Below, one piece after another: positions 50,564 through 60,351 of a DNA stretch of 64,000 bases. This stretch comes from Candidatus Geocrenenecus dongiae (GTDB lineage: Archaea; Thermoproteota; Nitrososphaeria_A; Caldarchaeales; Wolframiiraptoraceae). The notes under the pieces were generated by a model. It was given only the letters and a program-made list of their open reading frames with translations, did not search any database and had not been told where the DNA came from. The stretch lies in contig JALNLN010000003.1 of the NCBI GenBank assembly GCA_023267855.1, forward strand, positions 19,452 through 83,451. Reading direction: 5' to 3'. Within the stretch, counting starts at the first letter, position 1. Every line of letters begins with the position of its first letter. The position numbers and the translations under genes were made by a program.

Positions 50564-50699
50564 CTAAACTCTATAGTTATTTTAATCAAGATCCTTAATT
50601 AAAGTGTTAAGTTTTATGTTAAGATCAAATTACAGACTTCTATAAGTGATACGGATACAAATATACATATATTTTCAGATTTCTAGAAGATGAAGTAGG
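50564..50699. promoter_or_regulatory. AT-rich divergent intergenic region. It probably carries promoters for the ABC-ATPase/BtpA1 operon (minus) and the BtpA2-PfkB-SBP-permease-isomerase operon (plus).
   Basis: 136-bp AT-rich spacer between divergently oriented first genes of the two halves of the locus; TATA-like AT tracts. Confidence 0.3.
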
Positions 50700-51596
50700 G
50701 TGGAATATATGCCTGTCAAGTTGGAAGATCTAATCCCCGAGTGGGCTAAAGAATTTTATGGTAGAAGACTTCGAAGACTTAAAGACTTATTTGAGGTTAG
50801 TAAACCGATAATCGGGATGGTTCACCTTATACCTCTTCCAGGTTCACCAGCATACGGTGGATGGTCCATGGACGAAATCATAGAGAATGCTGTAAAAGAA
50901 GCGAAAATCCTGGTAGAAAACGGAGTAGATGGTCTGATAGTTGAGAATATGTGGGATCTCCCATACTATGTGGGCAAGGAAATCCCGCCAGAAGAAATTG
51001 CAGCCCATGCTGTTGCTGCACGGGAAGTGGTGAAATCCGTGAATGTACCTGTAGGCATAACCTCTATACATAATGGTGGAAGGGTGGCTCTAAGTATTGC
51101 GAAAGCTGCTGGAGCTAAGTTTATTAGAGTCTGCCTTTACACGGGCTCTCTCTTATGGGATACAGGTCAACTAGATCATGGGAACGCAGCTGAGTTGATG
51201 AGACTTAGAAAATTACTTGATGCATGGGATATAAGATTCTTCGCAGACGTGTATAAGAAGCATGCAGTCATTTTTCCAGGAATAACTCCAGAAATACATG
51301 CGATCTGGACTGACTTCTATTTAGCGGATGCTGTAATTGTAACTGGTAGGATGACTGGAGACGCTCCAGATCTAGATCTTGTTAAGAGCGTTAAGCAAGT
51401 AGTCGGAGAAACACCTGTGATTATTGGAAGCGGCGTTAATATCGAGAATGTTGAGGAACTTCTCTCTATTGGTGATGGAGCGATTGTTGGAACCTACTTC
51501 AAAGTTAAAGGAGTTACTCAGAATCCGGTAGATCCTGAAAGAGTTAGAAAATTCATGGAAAAAGTTAGGGAAATACGGTTGAAGCAGAATGGATGA
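50700..51596 (+). CDS. BtpA/SgcQ-family TIM-barrel protein (paralog 2).
   Basis: KPIIGMVHLIPLPGSP ... GVDGLIVENM; 298 aa; divergent from the ABC ATPase gene. Confidence 0.6.
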   Translation: MEYMPVKLEDLIPEWAKEFYGRRLRRLKDLFEVSKPIIGMVHLIPLPGSPAYGGWSMDEIIENAVKEAKILVENGVDGLIVENMWDLPYYVGKEIPPEEIAAHAVAAREVVKSVNVPVGITSIHNGGRVALSIAKAAGAKFIRVCLYTGSLLWDTGQLDHGNAAELMRLRKLLDAWDIRFFADVYKKHAVIFPGITPEIHAIWTDFYLADAVIVTGRMTGDAPDLDLVKSVKQVVGETPVIIGSGVNIENVEELLSIGDGAIVGTYFKVKGVTQNPVDPERVRKFMEKVREIRLKQNG

Positions 51597-52539
51597 CGAA
51601 TATGATATCGCAGTCGTAGGTGATATCAACTTAGATCTAATACTTCCTGTTAGAAATTTTCCATCTAGAGGTTCTATGGAATATGCTAGAGAGATGATTA
51701 AAAATCACGGTGGAGTAGGGAGGAATATCGCGATAGCATTATCTAAACTTGGTCTAAGAACAGTATTGATAGGTGCAGTAGGGGATGATGAGTCTGGTAC
51801 TGAATTAATAAGAGAGCTAAAAGATAATAGAGTTAATGTAAGTAGAGTAAGAGTTATCAAACACATGTGTACAGGAACCATACTGGTAATAGTTGACGAA
51901 GAAGGAGAGAGAACTATGATAGGTCATAGAGGAGCCAATACTAAGCTAAAGATAGAAGAAGAAGATATAAGCATAATCGAGAAAACAAAACATCTACACT
52001 TATCTGGCTACACGCTACTCAACGACGATATTTGGGAAAGCATCAATATGTTAATGAGGCGTGTAAGAAGTCTGAAAACAAAAACTAGTATAGATATTGA
52101 AGGAGTAGCCGAACATAAACCAACGCTACTCGAAGAGATGAAAGGTTTCTTCAACTACGTAATGGCAGGCGAGAATGAAGCAAGAAGATTTACTGGAGAA
52201 GAAGATCCAGAAACGATAGGATTGACATTGCTAGAGAAGATGAAAGCTGAGATCATAGCTTTAAAGATGGGACATAGAGGATGCATTATAGCAACTCGAG
52301 AGAGAATATTCCATACACCATCTTTCAAAGTCACTGTCGTAGATACTACGGGTGCAGGAGATGCTTTTAATGCAGGCTTCATATATGGAATGGCAAGAAA
52401 TCTCGACTTAAAGAAAGTAGCTATCTTAGCAAACGCTATGGGTGCATATAAATGCATGTGGTTTGGTACGAAAAATTTTCCAAGTTTAAGAAACCTGATA
52501 GATGCTTTTCCAGAACTTGGAGAACTAGCAATTCTATAA
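51589..52539 (+). CDS. PfkB-family carbohydrate/nucleoside kinase (ribokinase-like).
   Basis: N-terminal GxxNxD, C-terminal DTTGAGDAF; the start overlaps the BtpA stop (ATGGATGA). Confidence 0.8.
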   Translation: MDDEYDIAVVGDINLDLILPVRNFPSRGSMEYAREMIKNHGGVGRNIAIALSKLGLRTVLIGAVGDDESGTELIRELKDNRVNVSRVRVIKHMCTGTILVIVDEEGERTMIGHRGANTKLKIEEEDISIIEKTKHLHLSGYTLLNDDIWESINMLMRRVRSLKTKTSIDIEGVAEHKPTLLEEMKGFFNYVMAGENEARRFTGEEDPETIGLTLLEKMKAEIIALKMGHRGCIIATRERIFHTPSFKVTVVDTTGAGDAFNAGFIYGMARNLDLKKVAILANAMGAYKCMWFGTKNFPSLRNLIDAFPELGELAIL

Positions 52540-52639
52540 ACTCTAAAGATTCGAGAACTAATATTCTAAAAAGACGTTACCACACTTATGAGAACATATA
52601 AAAAACGCTAATATACTTCTCAATTTACATATATTATAT

Positions 52640-54055
52640 GTGTATACTATGAGAGAAATAAATGCTATTACAAAGGTAGGAGTAATAGTTATAACGATTA
52701 TATTGATTATAGCTGTAGTTGGCGGGGTTCTTTATTGGTATACAAGCATAGGTCCTGCTGCTCCTCGTAAAGTGAAGATCGCCGTCGTATCAGATATTGG
52801 TGGAAGAGGTGATTTATCATTTAACGATATGGCTTTTAAAGGAGGAGATGAAGCTGAGAGAGACTTCGGAATAGAAATGGTTGAACTTGTGAGTAAAGTT
52901 GAAGCAGATTATGTACCAAATCTAGAGATTGGTGCAAAGGACCCTGATGTTAAGTTAATAGTTGGAGTCGGTTTCCTTCTAAGCGATGCTTTAGTGCAAG
53001 TAGCGTTAAAATATCCTGATAAGAACTTCGCAGGAATAGATACATATTCTCAGGAAATAGTTAAAGAAAAATATCCTGATAAGTATCCACTACCAAACCT
53101 AATGGATATAAAATTTGAAGAACATAAAGGTAGCGCTCTTGTTGGAGCTGTTGGATGTTTGCTTGCAGCTTACTATAATGAGAAAGGTGGATCGTATCCA
53201 TATATTGGAGGAGTATTCGGGATAGAGATACCAGTACTGTGGAAGTTTGAGATAGGGTACAAGTGGGGATGTGATTGGGCACTAAAATGGTATGAAAAGA
53301 AGTTTGGACGAAAAGCACCTATAATCGGAGAAGACTCTAGGTATGGTAGTGGCCCCAATTGGAAAGATGGAATGTACTGTCCACCTGAAACACCTGGACA
53401 ATGCTGGTATAAAGGAAGAGTTCTATGGACGTACACAGGAACATTTAGCGATATAACAAAAGGCTATGAAGCTGCAAAACCAATGTATGCTAAAGGCGCC
53501 ATAGCAGTTTATAATATTGCAGGACCGCTAGGACTTGGAATAAATCAAGCAGTTAGAGAGATCGCTGAGGCAAGAGGGTTAAAGATGGGTCCACCTTTCT
53601 GGATAGGCGTTGATGCTAACCAGGACTGGATCAACCCAGGTTTTGTAATAGTCAGTATGATGAAGAGAGTTGATAAGGGTGTATATTATGCAACTAAACT
53701 AGTCTTAGAAGGAAAGTTCAGAGATGTCGTAAAACAGTATAATGGAGTATTAACTCTTGGGATAGGTACGACGGTAATGGGAACACCTATGGAAGGGATA
53801 TCTGCAAGTACACTTAAAGATCTAGACGAATTCATACAGATGGGTATTGAGGCAGAGAAACTTGTTGGAAAGAAAGTTTTACCAATGAGTCCTGAGGAGA
53901 TAAAAAGTAAAGTAAAAGAGATGCGGGAATCCGTCGCTTCATGGATATGGGATGCTCTAGCAGAACTTGAAGATAAGATAAGGAAAGGAGAAGTAGAAGT
54001 CCCACTAGCTTTCACGAAAGATGCAATAGACTACTGGAGAAATATACTTGGCTAA
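52640..54055 (+). CDS. BMP-family (Bmp/PnrA-like) ABC substrate-binding protein with an N-terminal signal/anchor.
   Basis: N-terminal TM segment, then KIAVVSDIGGRGDLSFNDMAFKG, typical of BMP nucleoside/sugar SBPs; 471 aa. Confidence 0.6.
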   Translation: MYTMREINAITKVGVIVITIILIIAVVGGVLYWYTSIGPAAPRKVKIAVVSDIGGRGDLSFNDMAFKGGDEAERDFGIEMVELVSKVEADYVPNLEIGAKDPDVKLIVGVGFLLSDALVQVALKYPDKNFAGIDTYSQEIVKEKYPDKYPLPNLMDIKFEEHKGSALVGAVGCLLAAYYNEKGGSYPYIGGVFGIEIPVLWKFEIGYKWGCDWALKWYEKKFGRKAPIIGEDSRYGSGPNWKDGMYCPPETPGQCWYKGRVLWTYTGTFSDITKGYEAAKPMYAKGAIAVYNIAGPLGLGINQAVREIAEARGLKMGPPFWIGVDANQDWINPGFVIVSMMKRVDKGVYYATKLVLEGKFRDVVKQYNGVLTLGIGTTVMGTPMEGISASTLKDLDEFIQMGIEAEKLVGKKVLPMSPEEIKSKVKEMRESVASWIWDALAELEDKIRKGEVEVPLAFTKDAIDYWRNILG

Positions 54056-55187
54056 GTCCAGTAAAAACTTTCAAAAATTTTATCATATATATTTTTTATT
54101 TAATAAGACTTATGTATGGAGACGCCCATTTGGTGAGGATAGAATGTTAGGCACATTTAGCAAGTTGAAGAAACCTATTCTCGAGACTTTAATAGCCATA
54201 CTAATAGGTTTTATAGGTGGAGCTGTATTAATGATCATTTTTAGATACGATCCGATTACAGCCTATGTAGCATTATTCCAAGGAACACTATTGTCGGTAG
54301 ACGGTATATTCGAAAGTCTTGCAAATGCTGTTCCATTAATGTTAACTGGATTAACTTTTGCAATTGGAGTTAGATCTGGATACTTTAACGTAGGTGCTGA
54401 GGGGCAGGCATATATTGGCGCTATGGGGGCCGTGGTGTTGGCGGGTAGCATATCTTTGCCTCCCGGAATACATGTACTCGCTACAACACTTTTCGCAATG
54501 ATTGTAGGTGCTTTATGGTCTCTTCCAGTATCTGCATTAAAAGCTTGGAGAGGCGTACATGAAGTAGTCTCCACGATAATGTTAAACTGGATTGCTTTAT
54601 ATCTTGTAAGATACTTGATTGAGTACTACTACTATGAACCTGGTAGGGCTGAAAGAGCTCTGCCAGCTCTACCCACCGCGCGATATGATGTGATAGGAGC
54701 TTCTCTAACGACATTTATCTTCGTAGCCATAGGGTTTATAGTTCTCACGTATTTTATCTTATGGAGAACCACTTTAGGATACGAGCTTAGACTAACTGGA
54801 AGTAATCCGGAAGCTGCAAGATACGTCGGAGTAAACTATGTGAAGATAGTCTTTCTAAACTTCTTCATCGGAGGACTTGCAGCCGGTCTAGCTGGTGCAT
54901 CACAAGTTATCGGCAGACCTCCTGCATGGACTATCTATAAAACACTCGGTAACGTGATTAACCTAGGATTCAACGGTATTGGAGTTGCATTAATTGGTAG
55001 AAATCACCCTTTTGGAATAATCTTTTCATCAATATTTCTAGGCATACTCCTGTACGGCTCAAGGTTTATGCAGTATCTGGGAGTAGACCCGGATCTAACA
55101 GTAGCTATCAATGGAATCATAGTTTTATCTCTATCGCTACCTGAATTGTACTCGATAATAAGGAAGCACATTGTAGGAGGGAGGTAG
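54048..55187 (+). CDS. ABC transporter permease (BMP-system permease 1).
   Basis: 379 aa, about 9-10 TM; overlaps the SBP stop. Confidence 0.7.
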   Translation: MAKSSKNFQKFYHIYFLFNKTYVWRRPFGEDRMLGTFSKLKKPILETLIAILIGFIGGAVLMIIFRYDPITAYVALFQGTLLSVDGIFESLANAVPLMLTGLTFAIGVRSGYFNVGAEGQAYIGAMGAVVLAGSISLPPGIHVLATTLFAMIVGALWSLPVSALKAWRGVHEVVSTIMLNWIALYLVRYLIEYYYYEPGRAERALPALPTARYDVIGASLTTFIFVAIGFIVLTYFILWRTTLGYELRLTGSNPEAARYVGVNYVKIVFLNFFIGGLAAGLAGASQVIGRPPAWTIYKTLGNVINLGFNGIGVALIGRNHPFGIIFSSIFLGILLYGSRFMQYLGVDPDLTVAINGIIVLSLSLPELYSIIRKHIVGGR

Positions 55188-55188
55188 C

Positions 55189-56181
55189 TTGAAGATTTCG
55201 AGAAAACTAAGATTCTTGATAATTGGTTTCCCATCGTTCATTATGTTCTTATGTCTATTAAGCGTTCTCGGTGTCGAGCCAATACACATACTTGAAACTA
55301 CTTTCATGGCCATGACTCCACTAATGTTGGCAGCTGTAGGTGAGAGTATAAATGAGAGGTCTGGGGTCGTAAATATAGGCTTAGAAGGAATCTTCTTAAT
55401 AACCGCTGTAACTGGAGTTTACTACGCTGAAGTTACAGGCAGTGGACTAGGTGGGATATTAATAGGTGGAGCGTTAGTAGGAGCGTTGATAGGTTTCTTT
55501 TTCGGTTTCATAAGTAGTTATGGGAAGGCTGTGCAAGTAATTGCTGGTATGGGTTTAAACTTGGTAGGCTTAGGTTTAGTACCTTTTATGATGATGGCTT
55601 TCTGGGCGTTTCCAGGAATCCACATTTTTGATCCGGACCTAAAGATTGGAACCTTAAATATCCAGATAGGTAAAGAAATCTTTAGACTTAGTCCTATAAC
55701 AATCTTCGCAGTTGCCATCACAATCTTTCTACATATCTTGCTGTACCGTACATTAATTGGGTTGAGAATTCAGGCTGCTGGAGAGAGACCAGAAGCCCTA
55801 GACGTAGCAGGAATAAATGTTAACTTAACTAGAGTATTAGCTAGTACTTTATGTGGAAGTCTAACAGGTATCGGTGGAGCGTTTATGCCTTTAGGATGGT
55901 TTGGAGGATTAGTTAAAGAAATTACTGCTGGAAGAGGTTTCATAGCTCTAGCTGCAGCAGTTTTCTCAGGTTTAGATCCAATACTTGCAGCTGTATCTTC
56001 ATTTATTTTCGGATTCTCTGAAGGATTAGCATTCACAATAATGATAACACCAACAATAAAAGAAGTTATACCACACTACTTCATTAACATGATCCCCTAT
56101 ATCGTAACGATAATAGCTTTAGCAATAGTGGGATCTAAGAGATTCCCCAAAGCATTAGGTAAACCATATATCCGTGAATAA
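55189..56181 (+). CDS. ABC transporter permease (BMP-system permease 2).
   Basis: 330 aa, multi-TM; starts 2 nt after permease 1. Confidence 0.7.
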   Translation: MKISRKLRFLIIGFPSFIMFLCLLSVLGVEPIHILETTFMAMTPLMLAAVGESINERSGVVNIGLEGIFLITAVTGVYYAEVTGSGLGGILIGGALVGALIGFFFGFISSYGKAVQVIAGMGLNLVGLGLVPFMMMAFWAFPGIHIFDPDLKIGTLNIQIGKEIFRLSPITIFAVAITIFLHILLYRTLIGLRIQAAGERPEALDVAGINVNLTRVLASTLCGSLTGIGGAFMPLGWFGGLVKEITAGRGFIALAAAVFSGLDPILAAVSSFIFGFSEGLAFTIMITPTIKEVIPHYFINMIPYIVTIIALAIVGSKRFPKALGKPYIRE

Positions 56182-56195
56182 ATAAAATTGATTAT

Positions 56196-57452
56196 ATGAG
56201 CAAAGTTTTACTTATACCTGTAGCTTCACCCTTACATAACCCATTCTTAGTGGGAAAAGTATTAAATCTATACCAAAAGAAATTAGATAAGATTATTGAT
56301 AGCTCTCTTTCTCTAATTATTAAGGGAGAAGATTTAGAGAAACTTGAGATTGATAAGAATGTTCTTGGAATAATCGCTCCATTAACTGGAGGCACGGAAC
56401 ATATAATTCAACATATATCCGAGAAGTGTGGATTCACCTTACTAGTTCCCCATACTTCAATGAATAGTCTTCCAGCAGCCTTAGAAGCATTCTCGAAAAT
56501 TAAGAATGCTGGAAGATCTTGGATAATTCTTGAATGGCCTCCGGGAAAACGTGTCCAGAAATTTGCAAAAGCTTGGAGAACTATTAGTGAGATTAAGAAG
56601 ATGAAGATAGGGTTAATCGGAGAACCTTCTCCTTGGCTAGTTTACAGTTCAGGCGAAGACGTCGAAAAGAACATAAATGTGTTGTTCGAAGAATTGGAGA
56701 TACTGAGAATTGATGTTAGCGAGGTTTATCAGGAATTTAGTAAGATTTCTGAGATTGATGTAGATGTTCTGAAACGAGAATTAATAAAGAAGACTAAAGC
56801 CATACGTATTCCAGAAGATGAAGTAGCTAAATCATTAAAGATCCATCTATCCCTGAAGAAGATAATCGAGAAGTATGGTTTAGATGCTGTAACGGTTAGA
56901 TGCTTCAACATTATTACAGACCTCGATACGACTGCATGTCTCTCCGCATCCCTACTTAATAGTAAAGTTAGCATGTTTGGATGTGAAGGCGATATACCAG
57001 CCTTACTAACAATGATAATTTTCTCAAAACTCGCTGAAGCTCCATCATTTATGGGGAACATTAACTGGATCCAAGATACTACAATTACCATAGCACACTG
57101 CACAGCCCCATTAACCATTGCAGAGAAATTTGAATTAGACAACCATTTCGAATCTGGGAGAGGGGTTGGGGTAAGATGTTACGTTCCAGAAAACCGTGAA
57201 GCCACCTTAGGTAGACTAGATCCTGTATCGAGAGTGATCAGGTACGTTGTAGGTAGAACGATTAAAAAACCTGTCCAAGAGAAAGCTTGTAGAACACAGT
57301 TGAACATAAAAATAAGAAGTAAGGACAAAAGTAAACTTGCTCAGATAGTAGAAGAATCGATTGGCAACCATTATGTAGTTGTATTTAAAGACATTTCTGA
57401 AGAACTAGGATATTTAGCTAGAATCATGGGTATTAGATTGGAGAGGATCTGA
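56196..57452 (+). CDS. Putative sugar isomerase of the L-fucose/L-arabinose isomerase superfamily.
   Basis: 418 aa; FGCEGDIPALLTMIIFSKL and C-terminal NHYVVVFKDISEELGYLARIMGI resemble the metal-binding and C-terminal motifs of FucI/AraA-like isomerases. Uncertain. Confidence 0.4.
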   Translation: MSKVLLIPVASPLHNPFLVGKVLNLYQKKLDKIIDSSLSLIIKGEDLEKLEIDKNVLGIIAPLTGGTEHIIQHISEKCGFTLLVPHTSMNSLPAALEAFSKIKNAGRSWIILEWPPGKRVQKFAKAWRTISEIKKMKIGLIGEPSPWLVYSSGEDVEKNINVLFEELEILRIDVSEVYQEFSKISEIDVDVLKRELIKKTKAIRIPEDEVAKSLKIHLSLKKIIEKYGLDAVTVRCFNIITDLDTTACLSASLLNSKVSMFGCEGDIPALLTMIIFSKLAEAPSFMGNINWIQDTTITIAHCTAPLTIAEKFELDNHFESGRGVGVRCYVPENREATLGRLDPVSRVIRYVVGRTIKKPVQEKACRTQLNIKIRSKDKSKLAQIVEESIGNHYVVVFKDISEELGYLARIMGIRLERI

Positions 57453-57527
57453 ACGTCAATAAGATAATCCTAAAACTTAAAACTTGAACGAAAAACATGT
57501 CTGACAATAACTTATCTTAACGAGTTC

Positions 57528-58553
57528 TCAGTAGTTGCTTGCAAGCCAACAAGCAATATAGTGTTCTTTTTCTACGTCTATAAATGGTGGTTCTTCCCTA
57601 AAACATTTTTCTTTAGCGAAAGGGCATCTTGGATGAAATCTACATCCAGCAGGTATATTTATGGGGTTGGGGATCTCACCACTTATCTCTAGTTTTCTAG
57701 TTCTTTCATGTAGAGGTTTAGGTATGGGGATGGCTGAAAATAAGGCTTGAGTATAAGGATGTAAAGGATTTTCGAATAATGTTTTCGTAGGTGCTTTCTC
57801 CACAATTTTCCCAAGATACATTACTGCGATTGTGTCCGCAATATACTTCGCCACCGCGAGGTCATGTGTAATGAATATGTAAGTGAGGTTAAGCTCATTC
57901 TTCAACTCTATCATAAGGTTTAAAATTGAAGCTCTAAGAGAGACATCTATCATTGAGACAGGTTCATCTGCTACTATTAATTCTGGTTTTAATATTACGG
58001 CTCTAGCGATCGCCACTCTTTGCCTCTGGCCTCCACTAAGGTTTCTCGGATAAAGTTTGTAGAACTCATCTGGAGGAGTTAAACCCACCTTCTCCAATAT
58101 GTTTAAAACGATTTCTTTAGCTTTTTCTCTATTATCGACTATCATGTGTATCTTTAAAGGATCTTCCAAGATACTTCCGATAGTCATTCTAGGATTGAGT
58201 GAAGCGTAAGGATCTTGATATATTATTTGCATCTTCCGTCTCAATTTTCTAAGAGATTCACCTTTAAGATATGTTATATCTTGTCCATTGAAATATATTC
58301 TTCCTTCTGTTGGATCTATCAATCTTATTATCAATCTGCCTAACGTAGTTTTTCCGCTCCCACTTTCTCCCACCAATCCAAGTGTTTCACCTTTCTTAAC
58401 TGTTAAATCTACTCCATCTACAGCCTTCACGAATATTCTCTGTCTCGCAAGAAGTCTCTCTAGGAAGCTTTTCTGAACAGGGAACCATTTCTTTAATCTA
58501 ACTAGACGTACTATTTCAACCACTTCTTTATCCTCCGTAGAGATGACATGCAA
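57528..58553 (-). CDS. Oligopeptide/dipeptide ABC transporter ATP-binding protein (OppF/DppF-like).
   Basis: GESGSGKTT, LSGGQRQR, C-terminal oligopeptide-ABC extension with Cys residues. Confidence 0.8.
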   Translation of the reverse strand: MHVISTEDKEVVEIVRLVRLKKWFPVQKSFLERLLARQRIFVKAVDGVDLTVKKGETLGLVGESGSGKTTLGRLIIRLIDPTEGRIYFNGQDITYLKGESLRKLRRKMQIIYQDPYASLNPRMTIGSILEDPLKIHMIVDNREKAKEIVLNILEKVGLTPPDEFYKLYPRNLSGGQRQRVAIARAVILKPELIVADEPVSMIDVSLRASILNLMIELKNELNLTYIFITHDLAVAKYIADTIAVMYLGKIVEKAPTKTLFENPLHPYTQALFSAIPIPKPLHERTRKLEISGEIPNPINIPAGCRFHPRCPFAKEKCFREEPPFIDVEKEHYIACWLASNY

Positions 58554-59487
58554 CAGCCCCTTCTCCTAGACTTAATAATTGAGGTTCCTCAATTTTACAC
58601 TTCTCCATGGCGTGGGGGCATCGAGGCCAGAATCTACATCCCTGCGGTGGATTCCTCATGTCGGGCGGAGAACCAGGTATCGGTTTAAGTTCAATTTCTG
58701 TTTTCTCTATATCTGGGATCGATTGTATCAGCAATTTGGTGTAGGGGTGTAATGGTTCTACTGCTATACGTTCAGCTCCTCTAACTTCACAAATTTTTCC
58801 TGCATACATTACTACAACCCTATTGCTTCTCTCTATAACTAACGCGATGTCATGTGTTATCAGTAGAATGCTTATATTTCTCTCATTTCTCAAATCTTCT
58901 AATAGATCCATTATCCTTGACTGAACTATAACATCTAAAGCAGTTGTTGGCTCGTCTGCTATCAATAGATCTGGATTCAAGACTGTTGCCATTGCTATCA
59001 TAGCTCTCTGTCTCATACCCCCACTCAATTGGTGTGGATAATCGTCTATTCTATCTGGCGGTATTCCTACTCGTTCGAGAGACTTTATAGCCATCTCTCT
59101 TGCATGTTCTTTATCTATTTTAAGGTGTACTGTAATAGTTTCTATAATCTGGTCTCCGATCCTCCTTAATGGATCAAGGCATGTTAATGGATCTTGAAAT
59201 ATCATTCCAATTTTTCTACCACGTATTTTCCTAAGTTCTCTATCAGTTTTCTTAAGAATGTTCTCACCATCTAAGATTATTTCTCCTCCAACTATCTTAC
59301 CGGGAGGTGGTAAGAGCTTGACTATAGATAGACCTAAAGTTGATTTACCTGATCCTGATTCTCCGACGAGTCCCACGATCTCCCCTCTAAATATATCTAA
59401 ACTAACGTTATCGACAGCTTTTATCACATTTTTACGTGAGAAGTAATATGTTTTTAGATTAATTATTCGGAGAAGCTTCTCGAACAT
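58528..59487 (-). CDS. Oligopeptide/dipeptide ABC transporter ATP-binding protein (OppD/DppD-like).
   Basis: GESGSGKST, LSGGMRQR; overlaps the downstream ATPase gene by 26 nt. Confidence 0.8.
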   Translation of the reverse strand: MFEKLLRIINLKTYYFSRKNVIKAVDNVSLDIFRGEIVGLVGESGSGKSTLGLSIVKLLPPPGKIVGGEIILDGENILKKTDRELRKIRGRKIGMIFQDPLTCLDPLRRIGDQIIETITVHLKIDKEHAREMAIKSLERVGIPPDRIDDYPHQLSGGMRQRAMIAMATVLNPDLLIADEPTTALDVIVQSRIMDLLEDLRNERNISILLITHDIALVIERSNRVVVMYAGKICEVRGAERIAVEPLHPYTKLLIQSIPDIEKTEIELKPIPGSPPDMRNPPQGCRFWPRCPHAMEKCKIEEPQLLSLGEGAVACHLYGG

Positions 59488-60345
59488 TCAAATTCCTACC
59501 TCTCTTAAACCTAGATACTCACTTACACTCTCACCTAGAAATGTAAACCCAACTGCTAGCATTATTATCATTAGTCCTGGAAAAGTTACGAGCCACCAAT
59601 ACCCAGAGACTAGGTAAGGCTGACCAGCTCTAAGATCGAATCCCCAATCAGGTGTAGGTGCTGGGACACTTAAACCGAAGAAACTAAGAGCAGCTTCTGT
59701 TAAAACTATGTCTGCTACACTTAAAGTGAAGACGGCTGTTACAACGGATATTACATTGGGAAAAATATATCTAGAGAGTATTGATGAAGGCTTTGCACCT
59801 ATAGCTACAGCTGCTTCTACGTAAAGTTGATTCTTTACATTTAGTGTCTGGGCTCGAACCATTCTAAAATATGTTGGGATATAGACTACAGCAATAGAGA
59901 TCGCCGTATTTATAATTCCAGGTCCCAACGCTGCAGCTATCGCTATAGCCAGTATTAAGCTTGGAAAAGCGTAAATAGAATCCATTATTGTTGTAGATAT
60001 TCTATCAAGTAATCCTCCAACGTATCCTGATATTAAGCCTAGCGGAACACCAATGATCATTGATAAGATTGTAGAAAGAGCTACAACTATCAACATTGTT
60101 CTCGCACCGTACACAGTCCTGCTCCACATATCTTGTCCTATCTTATTTGTGCCGAATAGATGTTCTGGAGAAGGTGGCTGAAGACTCAATCCCACAGATT
60201 TAGTTGGATCGTATGGTGCTAAGAAGTCTGCAAAAACAGCCATGAAGACTACAAACAATATCATAGATAGGCCGACAATCCCTATTGTTGTTAGAGGCAT
60301 CTTGAGAACCATTCTCCTTAGAATAGGTCTAAAAGTATACATCAT
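59488..60345 (-). CDS. Oligopeptide ABC transporter permease (OppC/DppC-like).
   Basis: 285 aa, 6 TM, EAA-like loop. Confidence 0.75.
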   Translation of the reverse strand: MMYTFRPILRRMVLKMPLTTIGIVGLSMILFVVFMAVFADFLAPYDPTKSVGLSLQPPSPEHLFGTNKIGQDMWSRTVYGARTMLIVVALSTILSMIIGVPLGLISGYVGGLLDRISTTIMDSIYAFPSLILAIAIAAALGPGIINTAISIAVVYIPTYFRMVRAQTLNVKNQLYVEAAVAIGAKPSSILSRYIFPNVISVVTAVFTLSVADIVLTEAALSFFGLSVPAPTPDWGFDLRAGQPYLVSGYWWLVTFPGLMIIMLAVGFTFLGESVSEYLGLREVGI

Positions 60346-60351
60346 TTCACC

